A DNA stretch of 64,000 bases, taken from positions 96,001 through 160,000 of the forward strand of contig CAWEXO010000009.1 in NCBI GenBank assembly GCA_963813025.1. The letters run 5' to 3'. Source of the stretch: an uncultured Verrucomicrobiae bacterium. GTDB lineage: Bacteria > Verrucomicrobiota > Verrucomicrobiia > Chthoniobacterales > JAFAMB01. Both the position numbers and the translations under genes were made by a program. Every line of letters begins with the position of its first letter. The first letter of the stretch is position 1. Shown piece after piece: positions 29,201 to 37,085 of this stretch. A model generated the notes under the pieces. That model saw nothing but the letters and a program-made list of their open reading frames with translations. It ran no database searches and was not told the origin of the DNA.

Positions 29201-32035
29201 ATGGCATCCCAGCCCCGTACCCCTAACGCGACTTACCGTCTGCAATTCAGCAACCAATTCTCGTTTCGCGACGCTTTGGACGTCGTTCCCTATCTGGCCG
29301 ACCTCGGAATCAGCGATCTCTATAGCTCCCCATTTTTTCGATCTAGGCCGGGAAGCACTCACGGCTATGATGTAACCAACCATAACGAGTTAAATCCGGA
29401 AATCGGCACAAAAGAAGATCTTGCCGCGCTGTCCAGCGCTCTGCGCGAACGGCGCATGGGTCTGATCGCTGATTTCGTGTCGAACCACATGGGCATCACG
29501 GACCCGACCAATGAATGGTGGATGGATGTGCTCGAAAACGGCCCTAGCTCGGCTTTCGCGCCTTTTTTCGATATCGATTGGCACCCAGTAAAAAAAGAGC
29601 TGCATAACAAAGTCTTGTTGCCCGTGCTGGGCGATCAGTACGGCAAGGTGCTTGAAGCAGGTCAAATTCATTTAGTCTACCGCGATGGCAGTTTTTTCGC
29701 GACATACTATGAACGGCAGTTCCCTTTAAATCCGCGTACCTATAGATTTATCCTGAGGATCGCGTTGGAAAACCTTCACCGCTATGCCGACGAAGAGATG
29801 GTGTTCGAGCTTGAGAGCATCTTGACGTCACTGGAACATCTTCCTGGGCGGACCAGTACTGATCACGGAAAGGTGCGCGAACGGGCCCGCGAAAAAGAGA
29901 TCAGCAAACGCCGAATCGCCCGGCTTTGCGCCGAGTTTCCTCAGGTCGAAGACGCGATTGAAGCAGCGATCAATCAACTGGAGGGCCGCCCCGGCGATCC
30001 CCGATCGTTTGATCAGCTTGATCAACTTCTCGATGCCCAAGCCTATCGCCTGAGCTATTGGCGAGTCGCCGGCGAAGAAATCAATTACCGGCGTTTTTTC
30101 GATGTGAACGATTTGGCGGCAATCCGGGTAGAGAATCCCCAGGTCTTCACGACGATTCATCGGCTATTGTTTGAACTCCTCCGTGAGGAACTCGTCACCG
30201 GTATAAGGGTTGATCATGTCGACGGATTGCAGGATCCGAAGCAATACTTGCTTGCGCTTCGACAAGGGGCTCTGCCGCCCGGCGATGAGGCCCAAAGCCA
30301 GGACGAATCCCGAGCGCGGTTTTATCTCATCGTAGAGAAAATCCTTTCTTCGGACGAGAAGCTGCGAACCGATTGGCCGGCCGAGGGTACTACGGGATAC
30401 GATTTCGCCTCTGACGTCACTCAATTGCTCGTGGCAGCATCCAATGGCGATGCATTCTCCCGGATCTATCGCGAGTTCATCGAGCGTTATGTCCATTTCG
30501 AATCGCTGATTTACGAAAAAAAGAAACTCGTGATGGACGTCTCGCTCGCGAGTGATATTGAGAGTCTGGGACATACCCTCCACGAATTGGCCGAGCACGA
30601 TCGATTGCATCGTGATTTCACCTTGGATTCCCTCAGTACCGCCGTGCGCGAGACCGTCGCTTGTTTTCCGGTTTATCGTACTTACATTAGCGAGGAAGCC
30701 GGTGTTTCCGAGACAGACCGCCAGATTATTCTTCGCGTGATTCGGGCCGCTAAACGGCGCAATCTCGCGATGGATCCCTCGATTTTTGATTTTTTGCGGG
30801 ATGTTCTTTTGCTGGAGAACTTTGCTAACTTCGATGCTGCCACCCGGCAGCTGCAGACCCAATTTGTTTTAAAGTTTCAGCAGTGCACCGGACCGATCAT
30901 GGCCAAAGGTCTGGAAGATACCGCGTTCTACATTTTCAACCGGCTCGTTGCTCTGAACGAGGTCGGGGGTGCTCCTCAACAATTCGGAATCTCGATCGAA
31001 CGGTTTCATGAGAAAAATCGGATCCGTCTGGCGGAGACGCCTCACACTCTGCTGGCCGGCACGACGCACGATACGAAACGGAGCGAAGATGTTCGCGCGC
31101 GGGTTGCTGTTTTGAGCGAAATTCCGGAACAATGGGAAAACTGGATTTACCGCTGGCGCAAAGTGAATTCCTCGCTTCGCGCTGAGGTCGAGGGCGATTT
31201 GGCTCCCAGCGCGAACGAGGAATATCTACTTTACCAGACACTTTTGGGCACTTGGCCCTTAACTCCGGAGGAGGTTAACGACGTTTACGCTGAACGCATC
31301 AAGCAATATATCCTCAAAGCAATAAAAGAAGCGAAAGTTAATAGTAGTTGGATTCAGCCGAATGAAGACTGGGAGAATGGGGTAACCTCATTTGTTGAAA
31401 GGATCCTGCATCCGGAGCACGGCTTCCGTTCGGCGTTTGTCGAAGCCGCCCAGCAAATCGCGTGGCACGGAATGTTGAATTCCCTCACCCAGACGGTCCT
31501 TCGGTTAACTTTGCCGGGCGTGCCCGACTTTTACCAGGGAACTGAGCTCTGGGATTTTAGCTTGGTAGATCCGGACAATCGTCGACCGGTCGACTTTGCT
31601 GTCCGCAAACAGGCGCTTGCCGACGTTAGGAACGCTAGTCCAGAGGACCTCTTCCGGCATTGGCCCGATGGACTAATCAAGCTTTCGCTGATCGCGCGCC
31701 TGCTCGACTTCCGCCGAAATGCTCCAGAGGTTTTTCGTGACGGCCGTTATGAATCCCTCTACGCGACAGGATCGCTGAGCGAATGTTGCGTGGCTTTCGC
31801 GCGAGTGGCCGGCGACAAAAAGATAATCGTCATTGTTCCCCGGCTTACTACTCGGCTGGGTGGAGTCGCGCAGCCTTTCGATTGGCAGGATACACACCTC
31901 GTTTTAGATGAGGCCGCCGGGGCAATGAAAGATCTGCTGAGCGGACGTCTACTCAAATCCGGTGCCGAAACAATTCCACTGAATTTGCTTCGCGAGTTCC
32001 CGTTTGCTTTGTTCCACAATTTGGATTCCAAATGA
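29201..32035 (+). CDS. treY: Malto-oligosyltrehalose synthase
   Basis: ATYRLQ, STHGYDV, INYRRFFD, RVDHVDGL, THDTKRSED, LVDPDNRRPVD. Confidence 0.96.
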   Translation: MASQPRTPNATYRLQFSNQFSFRDALDVVPYLADLGISDLYSSPFFRSRPGSTHGYDVTNHNELNPEIGTKEDLAALSSALRERRMGLIADFVSNHMGITDPTNEWWMDVLENGPSSAFAPFFDIDWHPVKKELHNKVLLPVLGDQYGKVLEAGQIHLVYRDGSFFATYYERQFPLNPRTYRFILRIALENLHRYADEEMVFELESILTSLEHLPGRTSTDHGKVRERAREKEISKRRIARLCAEFPQVEDAIEAAINQLEGRPGDPRSFDQLDQLLDAQAYRLSYWRVAGEEINYRRFFDVNDLAAIRVENPQVFTTIHRLLFELLREELVTGIRVDHVDGLQDPKQYLLALRQGALPPGDEAQSQDESRARFYLIVEKILSSDEKLRTDWPAEGTTGYDFASDVTQLLVAASNGDAFSRIYREFIERYVHFESLIYEKKKLVMDVSLASDIESLGHTLHELAEHDRLHRDFTLDSLSTAVRETVACFPVYRTYISEEAGVSETDRQIILRVIRAAKRRNLAMDPSIFDFLRDVLLLENFANFDAATRQLQTQFVLKFQQCTGPIMAKGLEDTAFYIFNRLVALNEVGGAPQQFGISIERFHEKNRIRLAETPHTLLAGTTHDTKRSEDVRARVAVLSEIPEQWENWIYRWRKVNSSLRAEVEGDLAPSANEEYLLYQTLLGTWPLTPEEVNDVYAERIKQYILKAIKEAKVNSSWIQPNEDWENGVTSFVERILHPEHGFRSAFVEAAQQIAWHGMLNSLTQTVLRLTLPGVPDFYQGTELWDFSLVDPDNRRPVDFAVRKQALADVRNASPEDLFRHWPDGLIKLSLIARLLDFRRNAPEVFRDGRYESLYATGSLSECCVAFARVAGDKKIIVIVPRLTTRLGGVAQPFDWQDTHLVLDEAAGAMKDLLSGRLLKSGAETIPLNLLREFPFALFHNLDSK

Positions 32036-32159
32036 AAAGTCGCGGGCTTCGATGCACTACCCGTTTTGTGCGCCGAAAATCGTCGCAATAAGTGCGTTAA
32101 GTCCTGCCCGACAAGCGCCGTCATAGTCGTGCGCATCGAGGCGCCGCTCGACACTGTCC

Positions 32160-33185
32160 GTGAATATCTTTCTACAGGCTGTTTCGGGAAAGCGCGGGCT
32201 GTCAAGCGGGTCACCTGGCCGTCACCGGTCTCGCTCTCCGCTGCCGCCCGCCTGGCCGGAGGTGTTCCGGGAGAATATCAACGGATTGGATCGCGGCGTT
32301 TGCTATCTGGTTGCTGTTTCTGGTGGAGTCGATTCCCGAGTGCTGCTTCATCTGCTTCTACAGAGTGGCTTTCAGAATTTGGTAGTCTCTCATCTGGATC
32401 ACCGGTTGCGCGGCTCAGAGAGCGCCGCGGACGCTCGTTTGGTCCGGCGATTAGCAGCCCGATTAACTTTGCCGCTGTACCTCCGGAGTGTCAACGAATG
32501 GCCAGCGAATTTGTCTCTCGAAACTGCGGCGCGGCAGGCCCGCCACCGTTTTTTTGCGAACGGCGCCCGCCAATATGGCGCTGCCGGTGTCTTTCTCGGA
32601 CACCAGGCCAACGATCAGGTCGAGACATTCCTTTTTAATCTTTTTCGGGGCACTGCCTCTCTTGGCCATGCTGCGATGCAATTTCGCTCGACGATCGACA
32701 TTGAGGGCCAGAAGGTCCTGTTCTTGCGTCCGCTTTTGTCGGTATGGAAAACCGAGATTTATGCTTTTGCGAAGGCCAATTGCCTGCGCTACCGCGAGGA
32801 TAAATCCAACCAGGAGTCAGTCTTTAGCCGCAATAAGCTAAGAAACGATTTAATTCCGCAAATTGAGGCCTTGTTCGGCCGCCCGATTGCGCCGGCGATT
32901 TTGCGGACTTGCTTCGCGGCGCTCGACGACGAGGATTTTTTGCAAAGCCTCGTGCCGGCCATGTGGCAGGAAGCGCAGCTCAGTGTCCCATTGGTTCGCC
33001 GGCTACCAGTGCCGGCGCAGCGCCGCTTGATCTACCGTTGGTTGCGTTACCAGGGCATCCCTGATGTCAACTTTGACCATGTCCAGGCTGTACGCTCGCT
33101 CCTTTGGCGGACGACACCCGCCAAAAGCAATCTTCCGGCGGCAAAGCACTGCCGGAGAGGGGCGGGCAAACTCTTCATCGAGTAA
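32160..33185 (+). CDS. tilS: tRNA(Ile)-lysidine synthetase
   Basis: AVSGGVDS, DHRLRG, ETAARQAR, HQANDQVET, RPLL, RNKLRN; start uncertain. Confidence 0.92.
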   Translation: MNIFLQAVSGKRGLSSGSPGRHRSRSPLPPAWPEVFRENINGLDRGVCYLVAVSGGVDSRVLLHLLLQSGFQNLVVSHLDHRLRGSESAADARLVRRLAARLTLPLYLRSVNEWPANLSLETAARQARHRFFANGARQYGAAGVFLGHQANDQVETFLFNLFRGTASLGHAAMQFRSTIDIEGQKVLFLRPLLSVWKTEIYAFAKANCLRYREDKSNQESVFSRNKLRNDLIPQIEALFGRPIAPAILRTCFAALDDEDFLQSLVPAMWQEAQLSVPLVRRLPVPAQRRLIYRWLRYQGIPDVNFDHVQAVRSLLWRTTPAKSNLPAAKHCRRGAGKLFIE

Positions 33186-33374
33186 CACCGAGTACGTGTT
33201 GGAACGCGAAAACGGAAACGGCTTTACTTCGGCCAATGAGTCCGGACATCCTAAGGAAACGCCCGTTTTTTTGCAATTGAGCCGTCCTTTTATTTACGCT
33301 CACGCCCGTAAGTCCGCTTGAGTTGGAATGGGGAGGCCAATTACTAACTGTTCATACCAGTTCCCTAAACCAAC

Positions 33375-34220
33375 ATGAAAATCGGCATGAATCTCCTTCT
33401 ATGGGCCACTTTTGTGGATGACGAGCACACCAGAATTCTCGAGCAAATCAAGGCGACGGGTTATGACGGCGTCGAAATTCCGCTGTTCGGCGGTGACGAT
33501 GCACATTACGAGCGGCTGCGAAAGAAGCTCGACGTCATGGAACTGGGAGCAACGACCGTCGCCGTCTGCACACCGGAAGCAAACCCGATCAGCCCGGATC
33601 CGGCATTAAGGAAACGGGCGGTCGAAAGCCTGAACACTCTCGCCCGGCACGCCGGTATCCTGGGATCCACTCTGCTCTGCGGACCGCTGCATCAGCCGCT
33701 GGGCATTTTTTCTGGAACCGGGCCGACCGAAGAAGAGCTGTCGCGCGGCGCAGACGTGCACCGGCAAGCGGCGGAAACGGCCGCCCAGTATGGCGTGGTG
33801 ATCGCCTTGGAGTATCTCAACCGCTTCGAGTGCTACTTCCTGAACACGGCTCGAGCGACCGCTTCTTATGTGCGCCGCGTCGGGCACCCGAATCTGCGGA
33901 TGATGTTCGATACCTTCCACGCCAATATCGAGGAAGAAAATATCCCAAAAGCCTTTGCCGATGCCGCTCCAGAGGTTGTCCACGTACACGTCTCGAATAA
34001 TGATCGGGGCATCCCGGGACGTGGCCACATAGATTTCGCTGCTTTCTTCAGGGAATTGAAATCGGCAAATTATAATGAGTGGCTGACTATCGAGGCTTTT
34101 GGCCGCGCGCTGCCTGACCTCGTTGAGCCCACCCGCGTTTGGCGGGATTTCTTCAACAGCCCGGATGAAGTCGTTACCGAGGGGTACCGCTTTATCAAAG
34201 AAACCTGGGCCTCCTGCTAG
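33375..34220 (+). CDS. Sugar phosphate isomerase/epimerase (D-psicose/D-tagatose 3-epimerase family)
   Basis: EYLNRFECY, DTFHANIEE, HVHVSNNDRG.PG.G, IEAF. Confidence 0.88.
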   Translation: MKIGMNLLLWATFVDDEHTRILEQIKATGYDGVEIPLFGGDDAHYERLRKKLDVMELGATTVAVCTPEANPISPDPALRKRAVESLNTLARHAGILGSTLLCGPLHQPLGIFSGTGPTEEELSRGADVHRQAAETAAQYGVVIALEYLNRFECYFLNTARATASYVRRVGHPNLRMMFDTFHANIEEENIPKAFADAAPEVVHVHVSNNDRGIPGRGHIDFAAFFRELKSANYNEWLTIEAFGRALPDLVEPTRVWRDFFNSPDEVVTEGYRFIKETWASC

Positions 34221-35388
34221 TCACATGTCTCTTAAATAATAGTGACATTTATTTCTCCTCAAGAGCGGCCTGCCAAGCGCGCTGGATCTTGGCCAGAATC
34301 TCTTCTCCTTGAGCCCTCCAAACATAACGCTTCGGATGGAGATTATGTTGAGCCAGGTATTGCATGATCGCCTCAACCAGTTGGCCGACACTGCCAAAGC
34401 TGCCGGGCAGGATCGTCTGCTGGCTCAGATCGCGGAAGAAGCGCTCGACCATATTCATCCAGGAGGAACTGGTTGGGGTAAAGTGCAGTTCGAAACGCGG
34501 ATGGCGTTCCAACCAACGCCGGACGCTCGGATGTTTGTGAGTGGCGTAATTGTCCAGAATGATGTGGATGTGTTGGCTCACGGGGATCTCCCGGTCAATG
34601 CGCTTGAGGAATTCGAGCCATTGGCGGTGCGTGTGTTTGTGAGCGGTGTGGGCGATTACTTTTCCCTGCAGGTAGTCGAGCGCGGCAAAGAGGGTGACCG
34701 TGCCATTGCGATAGTAATCGTGGGTTTGGGTACGAATATGCCCTTTGCCCAGCGGCAGACCGGGTTGGCTGCGTTGCAGCGCTTGGATCTGGCTTTTCTC
34801 GTCACAGCAAAGCACCACCGCATTCTGGGGCGGATTGAGGTAGAGCCCGATCACGTCCCAAAACTTCGCTTCAAAGTCCGGATCGGTCGAAAGCTTAAAG
34901 ACCCGTGTCAGATGCGGCTTGATTTCATTCTCGCTCCAAACCCGCTGCACGGTTGCCTTGGACAGTCCCAACTCCCGAGCCATTGCTCGACAAGTCCAGC
35001 GCGCTTGACCGTGCGGAGGCCGGGTGGCTTGATCGAGGATCTGCCGCAAGACAGCGGCTGCAATGCGGCCCTTACGGCCCGAGCGCGGCTGATCCTGCAA
35101 AGCGGCCAGCCCGCCTTCGCTGAAGCGCCTTCGCCACTTCCTGACTTGGTTATAGTGCATATCGACCTCTCGGCCGATGCTCCGATCCCTTTTGCCTGCT
35201 GCCGCCAACTGGATCACTCGCGCCCGTTGGGCCAAGCCATGAGGAGTGCTTTGGGCGCGCAGCAATTGCTGCAGTCGCTGCTCTTCAGCCGAACTCAATT
35301 CCACTTTTCGCCGCGCCCGCTTAGCCATGCAGCCAGCGAAGCATTTTTCTCTTAGAATGTCACTATTATTTAAGAGACACTAGACTAG
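34217..35388 (-). mobile_element. IS630 family insertion sequence
   Basis: IRs CTAGTC(ACA)TGTCTCTTAAATAATAGTGACATT (34217-34249) and AATGTCACTATTATTTAAGAGACA(CTA)GACTAG (35356-35388); CTAG/TA target. Confidence 0.92.
34249..35328 (-). CDS. IS630 family transposase (intact)
   Basis: HTH N-terminus; CCDEKSQIQAL, DNYATHK, HFTPTSSSWMNMVERFF (DDE). Confidence 0.96.
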   Translation of the reverse strand: MAKRARRKVELSSAEEQRLQQLLRAQSTPHGLAQRARVIQLAAAGKRDRSIGREVDMHYNQVRKWRRRFSEGGLAALQDQPRSGRKGRIAAAVLRQILDQATRPPHGQARWTCRAMARELGLSKATVQRVWSENEIKPHLTRVFKLSTDPDFEAKFWDVIGLYLNPPQNAVVLCCDEKSQIQALQRSQPGLPLGKGHIRTQTHDYYRNGTVTLFAALDYLQGKVIAHTAHKHTHRQWLEFLKRIDREIPVSQHIHIILDNYATHKHPSVRRWLERHPRFELHFTPTSSSWMNMVERFFRDLSQQTILPGSFGSVGQLVEAIMQYLAQHNLHPKRYVWRAQGEEILAKIQRAWQAALEEK

Positions 35389-35404
35389 AGAGCCCTGGAA
35401 GAGA

Positions 35405-35495
35405 TTAGGAGAGTGTCTCGCAAAATTCGGGTCGGTAGGGTCAAGCTCATGAGCTCATCCCTACCTCTCCGAGCGGCTCCAACAAGTTCTCGCTT
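35405..35495. repeat. Degenerate MITE/REP-like remnant next to IS630
   Basis: TTAGGAGAGTGTCTCG end; GGTAGGG...CCCTACC hairpin; CGGCTCCAACAAGTTCTCGC arm shared with 49356-49375 and ~54850. Confidence 0.65.
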
Positions 35496-36198
35496 AGCTT
35501 ACCTCGCCGTCACGATTCATCAGCGCCAGAATGTGCCGCTTTTTCTCCATGTAACTTAGGGAATGAAAATTGCGAATCTCCTCGAGCCGGCGCACGCTGT
35601 TCAGCGTGTCCAGATAGTGAGTGTAAGCTGAACCGAGCTCGGCGGTCTCTAGATAACGTCCGCGGAGGTTCGGATCCTGGTAAGCGTCGGGCGAGCGGCA
35701 TTCGAAGAGATGATACCTGATCCAGCGACGGTCAGTTCGGGAGAGGCGCTGAGTCCGCCGAAAGAACGCCACAAACAGCAGGAGCACAAGATACGTGTCT
35801 ACCAAGGCTTGCAGTTCCAGGTTGCGGGCAAAGTCTTCGCCTTGGAGGTGGCGCAAACCGGCTTTGAATTGCAGCCCGGCGTGGAGCGCGTGATTGATCT
35901 CCTCCACAAACATAATCAGGGAACGAATATTTGAGTTCGATATCCCGGAGCGCGGATCATGGTTTTCAAGCTGTTCAATGAGCCAACTCGAATAGTAGAT
36001 GCCGACATATAGACGGTCGTCAGCGGTGCGCAGGAAGGTACGGGCCAAATCACTGAGTTCGTGCGCCGAAGCGCCGGCCAGACGACTCAAATGCGCGCAA
36101 CGGCGTCGATCGATCAGGCAATCTTCGAGATTGATTCCGACACGCGCGTAAGTCCTCTCGAAGAGCCGCTGCACTTCACTGAACAGAGTTGGGTTCAT
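35494..36198 (-). CDS. Hypothetical protein with zincin-like EExxH...ELQA motif
   Basis: Clean 234-aa ORF; FVEEINHALH...RNLELQALVD; 8 bp after the upstream partner gene. Confidence 0.75.
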   Translation of the reverse strand: MNPTLFSEVQRLFERTYARVGINLEDCLIDRRRCAHLSRLAGASAHELSDLARTFLRTADDRLYVGIYYSSWLIEQLENHDPRSGISNSNIRSLIMFVEEINHALHAGLQFKAGLRHLQGEDFARNLELQALVDTYLVLLLFVAFFRRTQRLSRTDRRWIRYHLFECRSPDAYQDPNLRGRYLETAELGSAYTHYLDTLNSVRRLEEIRNFHSLSYMEKKRHILALMNRDGEVS

Positions 36199-36206
36199 AT
36201 TGCTGT

Positions 36207-36908
36207 TTAGTTATTGCCAATTGAGCCAGACGCCGGCGTGAACCGGCTGTCTCCCAGGTCAACGAAATCCTCCGCGAGGCGGTTGAGCGCGATCCGGCAC
36301 TCGTGAAAACTGCCGGCCAGTTGTTCGAACAAATCGCTCAGATCGAACCGTCGTGCCACGTCATGCGAGGCCACCGCGTGGAAACTTGCCCGTCCGATGT
36401 CTTCGTAAAAAGAGCACGTGGGCGCTCCGCGTTGACTCCGGCGTGCAATGTTCTCGTGGAAGATGCCTGTGACGAATAGCGAGTAATTCCCGACGTGCGC
36501 CCGAATGAGGAATGTCTGGTAGGGTGTGGCAGTTTTCAGGGCTAGCAACAGATCTGAAATGTAGCGGGTCTCGAGATTTTCAATCGGGGCTTCGAGTTGT
36601 CGAATCTGTGAAAACTTCTCCAGCAAAGCGGCCAGGTAATCAGCCAAAACCCGGTCTTCAATGCCAGACCGCTTTAAGGCTAGCCGGGCGAGAACATAAA
36701 AATAGAACTGAGGCGAGATGCTAAGGTTGCCCGGGTTTTCCAGAACTGCGCGAACTAAGACCTCGTGATCGAGGAGTTCGTCGCGCGTCTGGCTATCGGT
36801 GAGGAGTTCGACCAGGCTGACAGCTTGCCGGTTTGTCCGGCACAACGTCCGGACAATGAAACTAAAATCTTCCGCTGTAAACCTGGCCCGACAGTTCGGT
36901 TGAATCAT
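36207..36908 (-). CDS. Hypothetical helical protein
   Basis: Clean 233-aa ORF; DYLAALL, HVGNYSLFVTGIF and FYEDIGRASF blocks. Confidence 0.75.
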   Translation of the reverse strand: MIQPNCRARFTAEDFSFIVRTLCRTNRQAVSLVELLTDSQTRDELLDHEVLVRAVLENPGNLSISPQFYFYVLARLALKRSGIEDRVLADYLAALLEKFSQIRQLEAPIENLETRYISDLLLALKTATPYQTFLIRAHVGNYSLFVTGIFHENIARRSQRGAPTCSFYEDIGRASFHAVASHDVARRFDLSDLFEQLAGSFHECRIALNRLAEDFVDLGDSRFTPASGSIGNN

Positions 36909-36923
36909 CGGGATCTATAAAGG

Positions 36924-36939
36924 AGCAAATATTATGCCT
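36924..36939 (-). promoter_or_regulatory. Putative sigma54 (RpoN) -24/-12 promoter
   Basis: Minus strand AGGCATA-ATAT-TTGCT: GG-N10-GC spacing, matching TGGCACG-N4-TTGCW. Confidence 0.65.
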
Positions 36940-37085
36940 TGTAGTAAAGGTTTTTCTTTCCAAACTGCACTTGTGTCTGAATTGTTCGTTCACGGTCCCG
37001 TCGACGGATTGCCTTGCTCAAGATCGCTGTCTTCAGGTTACACCCCAAATCTCCTGAGTTGCGTTGCCCAGATCCGCTGAAATCT

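Noticed and set aside
34309..35355. 348-aa ORF on the + strand
   Set aside because: Antisense shadow of the IS630 transposase; no independent motifs
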